A DNA stretch of 63,980 nucleotides, filler included, from an uncultured Myxococcia bacterium (GTDB taxonomy: Bacteria; CAZTWC01), in NCBI GenBank assembly GCA_964617105.1. It is 3 parts of 3 records of this genome, joined end to end, with 100 filler letters (N's around TTAATTAATTAA, not from the genome) between each part and the next. Parts side by side here need not be neighbours in the genome. Positions count along the whole stretch, not along the records: positions 1 to 25,551 come from CAZTWC010000018.1; positions 25,652 to 50,703 come from CAZTWC010000019.1; 1 more part is not named here. One strand, 5' to 3'. Below the pieces are notes generated by a model that did no database searches, was not told where the DNA came from, and worked only from the letters and a program-made list of their open reading frames with translations. Shown here piece after piece: positions 20,543 to 29,822 of the stretch. The number at the start of each line of letters is the position of its first letter. Positions within the stretch are counted from its first letter, which is position 1. Made by a program: the position numbers and the translations under genes.

Positions 20543-20772
20543 AAAAATAGTATCCTTAAAATAACAATCAAGGCGGCAAATAATAACACGAAGGCAGGTT
20601 TTTTTAAAGTTGAAAAGCAAGGATGGACATGCTATCTTGTGCATTTGCTAATTTGTCAACTCGGCATTAAAATGCCAGGAATTTTTTTCCTTATTAAATA
20701 ACCAAAAATCAGTGATTGACTCGAGATAATTGCTGATTTTAGATTTCACCATATACGGCAAAGGGCTGATAG

Positions 20773-22041
20773 ATGGAAAATATATATGAATATCTAAACT
20801 CTATTTTAATTTTATTGAGTAGTAAAGACGGCTTTTATTTGCTGGCCGGTTGCATAGTGTTGCTTTTTCTCCTGCTCTCTTACAAACTCTACCAATACCA
20901 TCAGCGTAACATCAGACTTCTGGCGGAAAAACTGGAAGAGATGGAAACTGAAAAAGTTTCTATAAAACCGCCCGGAGAAGAAGATGAAGATTTTGAACTT
21001 CTTTTCCTGGAGCCAGAATTCATAACTTTTGAGAAAGAACCACCCCTGGTTCCACCTGCCAAAAAAGAGGTACCCCCAGAGAAAATTCCCCGGGAAAAAC
21101 CGGCACCTCCAGAAAAAGTAAAACCAATACCAGAGAAAATTCCGCCTAAAACTCTGGCTGAAGGGCTAAAAAAGACCCAAAAAGGTTTTATTGGAAGGTT
21201 AAACAGCCTGTTCTCCCGAAAAAAAATAGATGATGACCTGCTAGACGAGTTGGAGGAGATTCTTTTTACTGCTGATATTGGAATTAGAACCGCCGATATT
21301 TTAATGGATGATTTGCGTGAAAACCTGGGACGAAAAGAGTTGCAAGATTTTTCGGTTATGCAGGACTGTCTCAAAGAGAATATCCGAAATCTTTTAACCG
21401 TAGAAAATCGTCCTTTTGAACTGAATAAAACTCCTTATGTCATAATGATGGTTGGGGTAAACGGGGTTGGAAAAACTACCTCAATCGGCAAGATAGCCTC
21501 CAAATTCAATAAACAGGGGCATAAGGTGGCCCTGGTAGCGGGAGATACTTTCCGGGCTGCGGCAGTGGAACAATTGGAGATATGGGGCGAGAGAGTGGGC
21601 TGCAAAGTTTTTAAAGGAAAAAACCAGGCTGATCCAGGTTCAGTAATTTACGATGCCATAAATTCTGCCAAATCAAAAGGGATTGAATTGTTATTGGTAG
21701 ATACTGCCGGTCGTCTTCATACCAAAGTTAATTTGATGGAGGAGTTGAAAAAGATCAAGCGGGTTATGAACAAGGCTTTACCAGGAGCTCCACATGAAAC
21801 TATGCTGGTATTGGACGCCAACACTGGGCAGAACGCCATCTCGCAGGCCCAAATGTTTCATGAATCCCTGCAGGTGGACAGCATAGTTTCCACCAAACTG
21901 GACGGCACGGCCAAGGGCGGTGTGGTAATTGGAATATGTAATGAATTGAAAATACCTATCAAGTATATCGGCATCGGCGAGCGGGTTGAGGATTTACGCA
22001 CCTTTGATCACAATGAGTTTGTAGATGCTCTATTTAGTTAG
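20773..22041 (+). CDS. ftsY: Signal recognition particle receptor FtsY with N-terminal TM helix and Pro/Glu-rich linker
   Basis: GVNGVGKTTSIGK, GDTFRAAA, DTAGRLHTK, TKLDGTAKGG, IGIGE. Confidence 0.97.
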   Translation: MENIYEYLNSILILLSSKDGFYLLAGCIVLLFLLLSYKLYQYHQRNIRLLAEKLEEMETEKVSIKPPGEEDEDFELLFLEPEFITFEKEPPLVPPAKKEVPPEKIPREKPAPPEKVKPIPEKIPPKTLAEGLKKTQKGFIGRLNSLFSRKKIDDDLLDELEEILFTADIGIRTADILMDDLRENLGRKELQDFSVMQDCLKENIRNLLTVENRPFELNKTPYVIMMVGVNGVGKTTSIGKIASKFNKQGHKVALVAGDTFRAAAVEQLEIWGERVGCKVFKGKNQADPGSVIYDAINSAKSKGIELLLVDTAGRLHTKVNLMEELKKIKRVMNKALPGAPHETMLVLDANTGQNAISQAQMFHESLQVDSIVSTKLDGTAKGGVVIGICNELKIPIKYIGIGERVEDLRTFDHNEFVDALFS

Positions 22042-22101
22042 TGCTGCAAATTAGGCTGCATCCAAATTTTTGTTTTGTTACGAAGTGGATTTCCGGGTGG
22101 C

Positions 22102-22941
22102 TTAATAGGCATAATAGGTTTGCATAAATTTTTTGATCAGAGAACGGCTATTTTCTGATAGATCGATAAAATTTATCCCCATGCCGTTGGGCATTTCTCC
22201 GTTTAGTCCGTGAAATTCAGATACCCAGCCAACCTGACAGTTAATATCAAGGGGTACTCCGATTTTGGGCAGGGTTATTTTCCCAACAAAATTTTCTCCT
22301 ACTTTGATTACCACCGGGGTTTTCATAAATCCGCCGCTCAAACACAGATTGCGAATTTCGAACCAGCGTCCTTTCAATTTGGGATGGTCACTAACCTGAA
22401 CCCGGACCTGCTTGAAATTTAATTCCTCTTTTTCCTTTTGTTCAACAATAACTCCCTTGAGTTCTGTTAGTAAAGTATAGATCTGAGCATTGTTCATTAA
22501 AAAGAGAAAATAGGCATCTTCATCCTCTTCCATGGTTAGAGTGCCGCCACCGCATTCACAGGAAAACTCCGGTAATTTGATGTTTTCTGGATCAGGGATA
22601 TGTTCGACAATATTTATCAGTTTATCATGCTCTTCATCACAGGATGAGCAATAGAAGGGAACATAACAAGAGCGGATGGTGGTATTTTCGGTCAACAACT
22701 CTGATATTTCATTGATATAGCCCACCACCGAAACTGGAACCTTGATATATTCAATGAATAACTCGGTGGAATAAAGTGCTTCGATAAACTTGCGTATTCC
22801 AATAGAATTGGCATGTTTTACTTGACTAAAATCTATAATCGCCCGGTCGGAGCATTTTTCGAACAGAGCGGTAAAATCCGCTGTTTCGTTGATTATCCCT
22901 TCCAGGATTATATGGTCATCTTTCTTAGTTATGGTTAACAT
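22102..22941 (-). CDS. STAS-like + Zn-ribbon + PilZ-like domain protein
   Basis: IDFSQVKHANSIGIR (STAS-like), YCSSCD...CECG, C-terminal RNLCLSGGF...VGWV...GMGINF (PilZ-like). Paralogous to 51977-52444. Confidence 0.7.
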   Translation of the reverse strand: MLTITKKDDHIILEGIINETADFTALFEKCSDRAIIDFSQVKHANSIGIRKFIEALYSTELFIEYIKVPVSVVGYINEISELLTENTTIRSCYVPFYCSSCDEEHDKLINIVEHIPDPENIKLPEFSCECGGGTLTMEEDEDAYFLFLMNNAQIYTLLTELKGVIVEQKEKEELNFKQVRVQVSDHPKLKGRWFEIRNLCLSGGFMKTPVVIKVGENFVGKITLPKIGVPLDINCQVGWVSEFHGLNGEMPNGMGINFIDLSENSRSLIKKFMQTYYAY

Positions 22942-22978
22942 GTTGACTCTCTTCCTTAAATGGTATCAGTCAGAGTTT

Positions 22979-25551
22979 TTAAAGAGAAATCTTAGCGTAC
23001 TTATTTATGGTATCCAGCAGCCTTTTTTTCTTGATGGGCTTTGAAAGATAGGCGGTGAAACCAGAATCCAAGCATCTCTTTTCATCCTCTTTTAACGCAT
23101 AGGCGGTCAGCGCGATAATCGGCAAAGTCTCTTTATGGTTTTCCTGCTGCTCCCAAATTCGTATTTGCTTTGTGGCTTCATATCCGTCCAGCAACGGGAT
23201 CTGTAAATCCATCAGCACCAGGTCATATTCAGATGTTTTAATCTTTTTCACTGCATCTTCCCCATCTTCGGAAAAGGCTAATTGATGGGGAGTTTTTATT
23301 AGAAACGCCTTGATCAACTCACGATTGTCTTCAGAATCTTCTACCAATAAAATGGAAAGTGATTGGTCTTCCGGGATAACAGAAGGACTTACTTTGATTT
23401 CATTATCCGTATCCTGGACTGTTTCTGGTTTCTTTTTTTGACTTTGCAGGCCAAACACTGCGGTGAACGAAAAAGTACTGCCCTGGCCAGGTTCACTTCG
23501 AATACTAATAGAACCTCCCATAGCCTCTGTGAGTTTTTTGGAAATGGTGAGACCCAATCCGGTTCCGCCGAATTTGCGGGTGGTAGAGGTTTCAGCCTGG
23601 TTATAACTATCAAAAATATTATTTATCCTTTCTATAGGAATTCCGATTCCAGTATCTTTGATGGCAAACTGTAATTTTACTTTTTTCTGGGATTTTTCTA
23701 GTTCCAACAAACTGCAATCCACTCTTATCTCTCCTGATTGAGTAAACTTGACAGCATTACTCAGAAGATTATTGAGTATCTGACACAAACGGAAGGAGTC
23801 TCCGATTATGTTTTCAGGCACAATTTTCTCAATATGCCGGGTCAGTTTCACTCCTTTTTTATGGGCTTGCAGAGTATGAATTTCACAACATTTATCAATA
23901 ATAATCTCAGGGTTAAATTCTACTGCTTCCAAGGTGAGTTGGCCGCTCTCTATCTTTGAGAAATCCAATATGTCGTTTATCAAATTGAGCAGATTCTCAC
24001 TGGCCGAATTGAAAATCCTGGCATAATTTTGCTGCTCTTTATTCAGCGAGGTTTCAAGGAGCAGATCCGCCATACCGATAATTGCGTTGAGGGGAGTGCG
24101 AAGATCATGGCTCATATCGGCTAAAAATGCGGATTTGGCGAGGTTGGCATCTTCGGCTTGTTTTTTAATTTTTATGGTCTGGTCAACCAAAGCGGCTTTT
24201 TTGACCAGATGGATCCTGGTAAGAATACCGTTCACCCTTAAAAACAGGTCCGCGGGTATAATCGGTTTGGCAATGTAGTCATCTGCTCCCATCTTCAACC
24301 CTAAAATCCGGTCCTCCATGGAGGCCCTGGCCGTGACAATAATCACCGGCAGATCCACCAGGTTTTCATCGGATCGAATCTGTTTCAACACATCCTCTCC
24401 AGATAAATCTGGCATCATCAAATCCAAAAGCAACAAATCGGGACGTTCGTTGTAGATCTGCTTCAAAGCATCGCGGCCACCATAAGATTCTGTTACCATG
24501 TAACCTTGACTGCGCAGAAATTCAGACAGGACTTCCACATTCATTTGACTGTCATCCACCACCAAGATCTGGAATTGATTTGGATCCATTTCTAAACCCA
24601 CTCGCTCCAAAATATCGGAAGGTTTGGGCGCCACTATATTTTCTTGGACATCTTCGTCAGCCATCTCCTCGCGGGCAAGGGTTGGCAGCGGATCCAATAT
24701 CTGTTGTTCATCAATCGTATTGGAGTCAAACAGTTCTGTCTCCTCAGTGGCCTCAGTGGCCAATGCCTGACCTGGCAACTCTGGCAGAGTGATAGTAAAG
24801 ATAGAGCCCTGGTTCAATTCTGACTTCACCAGGATTGTCCCTTTTAACAAGTCGACAAATTTTTTCACCAAAGAAAGTCCCAGCCCTGTCCCTTCGTAAG
24901 AGCGGCGGGCATCCTCCTGCACTTGCTTGAACTCCTTAAAAATATCATCGGTCTGCTCTTTGGGAATACCAATGCCGGTGTCTGATATCTTGATCTGCAA
25001 AAACTCCTTATAGCGTAGTTTTATCACCAATTTTACCAGATTTGGTTTGTCAGGGTGTTTGAACTTAAAGGCATTGCTCAAAAGGTTGCGTAAAATGGCT
25101 AATATCTTCTCCTGGTCACTTAAAAAAACGTTAGAGATCTCTGGTTGGGGGAGGTCGAGTTCCGGGGAGTCATGGTCCACCGGTCCATCAGTCTCTGTGC
25201 TGGTCTCTATAGTGAACTCAGTGTTAGGGAATTTTAATTTTAACCCTTCAGACAGGAGTTGTGCCTGCTTATTGATCTCTGTCAAACTTATATTGATGGT
25301 TTTTAAGTACAACTCCCCTCTTTTCGACTTGGCCAACTCCAAAATTGTGTTGACCTGGTTTTTAAGCGAATCGGCCAGGGAATTGACTTTACCCACCTGT
25401 TCGGCTACTTTGGCGGGAATCCGGCCAAAATGGCCGTTTTCGATCAATTCGGTGAATCCCAGAATCCCATTCAGCGGAGTGCGTAATTCGTGCGAAGTAT
25501 TGTGAAAAAACAGGGTGCGGGCCCGCTCCTTTTTGACGATTTCTCTATAAG
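22979..25551 (-). CDS. Hybrid sensor histidine kinase, HisKA-HATPase-REC-HisKA-HATPase-REC (5'-truncated at contig join)
   Basis: Frame stays open upstream of 25447 and gives [19 protein letters not shown]. Then [24 protein letters not shown] (VVDD, LDLMMP), second H-box [10 protein letters not shown], second HATPase and final REC (LVED, MDLQIP, SKP). Confidence 0.9.
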
Positions 25552-25651
25552 NNNNNNNNNNNNNNNNNNNNNNNNNNNNNNNNNNNNNNNNNNNNTTAAT
25601 TAATTAANNNNNNNNNNNNNNNNNNNNNNNNNNNNNNNNNNNNNNNNNNNN
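25552..25651. other. Artificial contig-joining linker
   Basis: 44 N + TTAATTAATTAA + 44 N = 100 nt. The 12-mer gives stops in all six frames. Confidence 0.95.
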
Positions 25652-25653
25652 AT

Positions 25654-26235
25654 TTCACCACCCGCGACCCGCTGACCAAAGTGTTGACCTATTACCGCGG
25701 AGTATGGGAGTCAGAGGGATATAAGGTGTTTCGTACCGCCATGGATAGCAACCACGTATCCCTGGGGGTTTTTGACAGCGCCTCTAAAATTCAAAAGAGC
25801 ATCACTGCTATCAGGCGTGATGGAGAGACTTACCTCTTCCCATCCATAACCAGATTAGCCTCTACCGGCCCTATAAATACCGAAACTTCTAGTGATGATA
25901 TACCTCTTTTCCCCGGTTCAACCGCTTTTTTTAGGCTAAACACCATTGATGCGGGTCTCCCATCCATAATTGCCTCCTCTTACAACCAGGGGAAAATTGA
26001 TAAAAATTTGGAGTTTTACCGGCAGGAGATTAAAAAACTGGGTTTTATCGAACAAGAGGTTAGACAATCGGAAAAAGGTGAAGGAACCTGGGTGCTGCGT
26101 TTTAAGCGGGGAGAAGATATCTGCTCTATAACCTTGACTCCAGAGGAGGAAACCGGCCAGATTTATGTGGTTTATAACTTGCTGGAAGTGTCAAAAAAAG
26201 GTTCAGTGAGCAGGAGCCAGGGGATCGGAGAGTAA
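25654..26235 (+). CDS. Hypothetical protein (5'-truncated)
   Basis: Frame is open from the linker (FTTRDPLTKVLTYYR...). Abuts the Flp-like gene. Confidence 0.6.
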   Translation, partial: FTTRDPLTKVLTYYRGVWESEGYKVFRTAMDSNHVSLGVFDSASKIQKSITAIRRDGETYLFPSITRLASTGPINTETSSDDIPLFPGSTAFFRLNTIDAGLPSIIASSYNQGKIDKNLEFYRQEIKKLGFIEQEVRQSEKGEGTWVLRFKRGEDICSITLTPEEETGQIYVVYNLLEVSKKGSVSRSQGIGE

Positions 26236-26236
26236 T

Positions 26237-26452
26237 ATGATGCTAAAGGATAAAATCAAGAAATTGCTCCGCCAGGAAGGGGGGCAGACCCTAACCGAAT
26301 ATGCCTGGATATCCTTTATGCTGGTTGGGGCGATTTTCTTTATCTCCAGCGCCAAGTTGGGCGGAGAGATGACCTTTTTTAATATTATTTTACGGGCCTA
26401 CCAAATTTACTTTGACAGTTTCAATTTATTACTTAATTTGCCATTTCCATAG
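26237..26452 (+). CDS. Flp/Tad-type pilin-like small protein
   Basis: Basic leader, then G|QTLTEY (prepilin cleavage site with E5-Y6) and a hydrophobic helix. GGAG RBS. Confidence 0.65.
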   Translation: MMLKDKIKKLLRQEGGQTLTEYAWISFMLVGAIFFISSAKLGGEMTFFNIILRAYQIYFDSFNLLLNLPFP

Positions 26453-26491
26453 TTTTAACAATCCACTAGTCAACCAATTCAATCTCAATAA

Positions 26492-26529
26492 AAAAGGGGA
26501 GACCTCCATGACCAGGAGTCTCCCCTTTT
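26492..26529. terminator. Bidirectional intrinsic terminator
   Basis: AAAAGGGGAGAC...GTCTCCCCTTTT 12-bp inverted repeat between convergent genes. Confidence 0.8.
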
Positions 26530-26594
26530 CGTTCAAATGGCTGGCGTTTATCCGGAAGTTCTGTTAGCCGCCTCAATACGCCTCAATAATTACT

Positions 26595-27170
26595 TTAATC
26601 TTGGTCGTGGTCACAATCTTTCCCTTTTCCCATGTTCTTCATTTTCTCCTTCATCTTCTCTTTCATCTTCTCTTTCATGTTTTCTTTCATATTTTTTTGG
26701 CACTCTTTCTTTTGCTCTTGCATTTTTTTCTTCATTTTCTCTTTCATATTTTCTTTCATTTTGTCTTTATTGTGCTGGCAGGCTTTTTTCATGGCTTCTT
26801 TTTTATGTTTCATGGCCTCTTTTTTATGTTTCCAGGCTTTTTTGATGGCTTCTTTTTTCTTTGCCTGCGCATTTTTCATAGCCTCTTTTTTCTTTGCCTG
26901 CGCATTTTTCATAGCTTCTTTTTTGTTTTTGATGGCCTCTTTCTTTTTGTCTTTAGCCGCGTCTTTCATCCCCATCTTTTTATGGCCATGTTTTTTCCCC
27001 ATGCCATCCTCTTTAGCCTTGTCCTCAACCTTTTTAAAGGAACCTTTATTTTCGTTTTCAACCTTGGTTTTATCTTTATCTGTGTCCTGGTCGCCGGAAT
27101 CAGCAAAAGCAGTGGCGCTGATAAACATCACCGCTAACATCAGCAAAAAGATTTTGAATAATTTGTTCAT
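26595..27170 (-). CDS. Exported Lys/Met-rich low-complexity repeat protein
   Basis: Sec signal ending AFA|D, GGAGGAG RBS, repeats KKEAMK(NAQA) and MKE(K/N), C-terminal DCDHDQD. Confidence 0.75.
   Translation of the reverse strand: MNKLFKIFLLMLAVMFISATAFADSGDQDTDKDKTKVENENKGSFKKVEDKAKEDGMGKKHGHKKMGMKDAAKDKKKEAIKNKKEAMKNAQAKKKEAMKNAQAKKKEAIKKAWKHKKEAMKHKKEAMKKACQHNKDKMKENMKEKMKKKMQEQKKECQKNMKENMKEKMKEKMKEKMKNMGKGKDCDHDQD
26851..26915. repeat. 33-bp-period intragenic tandem repeat
   Basis: tcttttttctttgcctgcgcatttttcatagc at 26851-26882 and 26884-26915, encoding AMKNAQAKKKE twice. Confidence 0.85.
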
Positions 27171-27198
27171 TGGTTCTCCTCCCTCAGTGGTTAATTAT

Positions 27199-27223
27199 AT
27201 TGGTATTATACTTGAATACCAAT
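27199..27223. promoter_or_regulatory. Perfect 9-bp inverted repeat (operator or 5'-UTR hairpin)
   Basis: ATTGGTATT-N7-AATACCAAT between the ECF-type promoter and the RBS of the Met/Lys-rich gene. Confidence 0.45.
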
Positions 27224-27239
27224 GTTGTTGTTATTTATA

Positions 27240-27266
27240 AGACGAATCAGGGCTTATAAAAGTTCC
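27240..27266 (-). promoter_or_regulatory. ECF sigma-type promoter upstream of the Met/Lys-rich gene
   Basis: Minus strand GGAACT-tttataagccctgatt(16)-CGTCT, matching the copy at 29796-29822. Confidence 0.7.
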
Positions 27267-28486
27267 TAAAAGGTATATTCCATGGATGAGCCAAAGATAA
27301 CCTGGTTGTAATTGCGGTCTATATAGTCATCTGTACCAAGGCTGGAGTGGTTAAAAGCCAGGTCAAGATAGACTTTGGCCTGCCAGTTTTGGATAAATTT
27401 ATAAGAGAGGTTCAGGTTGTAGCGGTGTAAAAAATCTTTGCGGCTTTTTTGGTGAGCAGCGCTGTTAGGATCTTCGTCAAGTTCAAAGGTATAGAGCCAC
27501 TGGTCTTGCCCCTCATAAATGGAGTAACGGATACTGGCTTTGGCGTTTACCACAAAAGAGTTTAGGAAATTCCAGGTGCAGGCTAATTTGCCTCCCAGGC
27601 TTAAATAGCCATAATTAATCGCCAGGTCTTGATAGATCTCTTTTAGTTCTGTGCTTAAACTTTCAGGCTCTTTGGGAAAATAGGCTTTTTCTATTGATGC
27701 GGTTATGGCCAGGTTGCTTAGATCCTGGTCAAAATAGTAGTATTGGGATACCTCCAGGCCCGGCACTGTGCCCTGTAAGTAACTTACATCATCGTGTAAA
27801 CTGCTATACCGGGAAAAATTGACCGAGATATTGGTGGCCCATTTTTCACCCTCAAAAATAAACAGATCTATAAAAGTTTGCATAACCCAGTAATAGGGAG
27901 AGAAGTTGTTCAGGTCGGCTAATACATACCTGGGCATGATTCCCAACCCCAGCATGATCTCATCTTTGAAAAAAGTCAAATCCAGTAAAAGGCTGTTGCT
28001 GAAAAAACTGTAATTTCTGGCTACTGCTGGTATCTCCGATGAGAGTAAATAGGAGATAGAGGCGGAAAAGTCGTTGTCTAACAGAGGGTAATTAAGATCC
28101 AGGGCCATCTGGGAGATAAAATCGGAGGGGTTTTCTCCGGCGGTTGAGGTAGAATCAGAGTCACTATTATCTCCGGTGGTGGTTGGAGGTTCAATGCCGC
28201 TATTTTCGGTTAAAGTTGAATCCAGTGAACCCTGGATATCTGAATCTGACAGCAGCGAAACATTACTATTGTATCCTCCGCCTAATTCTATGGAGCCGGA
28301 CAATTTATCCCCTGCCAGGGCTGAACCACTTAGACTCCAACCAATAAACAACAATATAAGTATTATTTGAACCCCTGATAGCCAAAATCCGGAAGTTAAT
28401 CGAGTCAACAGTTTTTGATACCAACTAGATACTAAAATGCCCCCGAATTTACTCAGAGGCAAGGTTAAGTTTTTAAAATGTTTCAT
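27266..28486 (-). CDS. Probable outer-membrane beta-barrel protein
   Basis: Signal-like hydrophobic stretch ending ALA, GGGYNSNV start strand, alternating aromatic strands, C-terminal MEYTF (terminal Phe). True start is uncertain. Confidence 0.7.
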   Translation of the reverse strand: MKHFKNLTLPLSKFGGILVSSWYQKLLTRLTSGFWLSGVQIILILLFIGWSLSGSALAGDKLSGSIELGGGYNSNVSLLSDSDIQGSLDSTLTENSGIEPPTTTGDNSDSDSTSTAGENPSDFISQMALDLNYPLLDNDFSASISYLLSSEIPAVARNYSFFSNSLLLDLTFFKDEIMLGLGIMPRYVLADLNNFSPYYWVMQTFIDLFIFEGEKWATNISVNFSRYSSLHDDVSYLQGTVPGLEVSQYYYFDQDLSNLAITASIEKAYFPKEPESLSTELKEIYQDLAINYGYLSLGGKLACTWNFLNSFVVNAKASIRYSIYEGQDQWLYTFELDEDPNSAAHQKSRKDFLHRYNLNLSYKFIQNWQAKVYLDLAFNHSSLGTDDYIDRNYNQVIFGSSMEYTF

Positions 28487-28942
28487 TTATTTTCCCTGCA
28501 TTCGTCTCTGCTTTTTTTGTTTGATTTGTTCCTTTATTTTATCCATCATATTTTGGTGCATTTTTTGTTTACGTTTATTATAGCACTCTTTTTTGCGTTG
28601 CTCTTCCAGTTTCTTTTTGATCATCTGTTCGCGGCGGTGACGGAGTTTTTGCTTTAAAAGCTCTTGCCGGGCATTTTGTAATTTGCGTTGTTTCTGTTTT
28701 TCCTGGTTGGCGTTCTTCTTTATATTTTTATCCCAGCCATCAAATTCATGGTTTCCATTTACTTCGATTTTTACCGATGATTTTATTTTTCCTTTTTTAT
28801 CGGCCGGATTTTGGTCTGCGTCATCTGCAATAGCAGTGAGCGGCATTACGAAACAGAGAATTAATACCAAGATAGTTGAAATATTTACTGGAGTAAATCT
28901 GGGAATCGATTTTGTAATCGGTTTGCCGTTTGCAGATTTCAT
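28487..28942 (-). CDS. Exported Lys/Gln-rich helical protein
   Basis: Signal-like segment ending AIA|D, GGAG RBS. C-terminal helix resembles that of 26595-27170. Confidence 0.65.
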   Translation of the reverse strand: MKSANGKPITKSIPRFTPVNISTILVLILCFVMPLTAIADDADQNPADKKGKIKSSVKIEVNGNHEFDGWDKNIKKNANQEKQKQRKLQNARQELLKQKLRHRREQMIKKKLEEQRKKECYNKRKQKMHQNMMDKIKEQIKQKKQRRMQGK

Positions 28943-29030
28943 GGTAACTAATCTCCATAGTGCTGAATATTATAACATTAAACAGTCTATATTGTCCAGT
29001 AGGGAGGGTATCTGCGGAAAGACATTGCTA

Positions 29031-29756
29031 TTATCCCTCTACCTGGAGGATGATTTCGTGAGTATGGACTAACTCTCCTGCCCGGGCGCTGGCAATAATT
29101 TTCCAGGTGCCCTTTTCCAACGCTCTCAGCGCCAGTGGAATTTGGTTTTTTCCCTCTTCCAGGCGGCCTTGCCATTCCAGCCTGGTAGACAGAGCAATCT
29201 TTTCGTCGTCAGTTTCAAACATTACCCCGTATGGCAACTTAATTGAAAAAGTCACCTCCTCTATCTCTTTGCTCGATTCAAAATTGAGGGTCATTTTCAA
29301 GGGGCGATCCAAAGGCACAATGTGGGCGGTGGCCACCACTTCGGCCTGGTGCAGTCCCGGAGTTGAGCCCAGATATAGCCCCAGCACCATTCCCAGGGCT
29401 AAAATAAACACCGCGGCCAGGGCATAAAGCGGTTTTAGCCATCCCAGAATTGGTAAATTCTTCAAGCGGGTTTGGGCAGTATTTTGGGCCTGGCTATCTC
29501 TTACCAGGCGGTTGTGTAGGGACAGAGCGAACTCTTCCGGCAGGGGAGCCAGTTTTTGACGGTCAGCCTGTAAAAGATCAGCGGTTAATTTAGCCTGATG
29601 GTAATCTTTTTGACAACTGGTGCAAACCTTAATATGGTCCAAAATATCTTTTTTGGCTCTATCCTCCATCTTCTGGAAAAGCAGGGTCTGGATATGGTCG
29701 GTTTTGCCCTTACAACTCATAAACTTCTCTCCGTTTTTGGAATTCACAAATACCAA
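29031..29756 (-). CDS. Zinc-finger (zf-HC2/ZAS) anti-sigma factor with TM helix and periplasmic Ig-like domain
   Basis: ILDHIKVCTSCQ (HxxxCxxC), one TM helix and a beta-rich C-terminus, directly downstream of the ECF sigma. Likely start is ATG 29720 (MSCKGK). Confidence 0.8.
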   Translation of the reverse strand: MVFVNSKNGEKFMSCKGKTDHIQTLLFQKMEDRAKKDILDHIKVCTSCQKDYHQAKLTADLLQADRQKLAPLPEEFALSLHNRLVRDSQAQNTAQTRLKNLPILGWLKPLYALAAVFILALGMVLGLYLGSTPGLHQAEVVATAHIVPLDRPLKMTLNFESSKEIEEVTFSIKLPYGVMFETDDEKIALSTRLEWQGRLEEGKNQIPLALRALEKGTWKIIASARAGELVHTHEIILQVEG

Positions 29757-29795
29757 ATAAGGGATACAGTAATAGATATTACCCTTTACCCTATT

Positions 29796-29822
29796 AGACG
29801 TAACTAACGATTAAAAAGTTCC
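29796..29822 (-). promoter_or_regulatory. ECF sigma-type promoter in the 3' end of the sigma gene, upstream of the anti-sigma
   Basis: Minus strand GGAACT-ttttaatcgttagtta(16)-CGTCTAA. Confidence 0.7.

Noticed and set aside
26537-27240. Long plus-strand ORFs rich in Phe/Ser/Leu (26537-26845, 26601-27137, 26632-27240)
   Set aside because: Antisense shadows of the low-complexity Lys/Met gene, which has the RBS, signal peptide and promoter.
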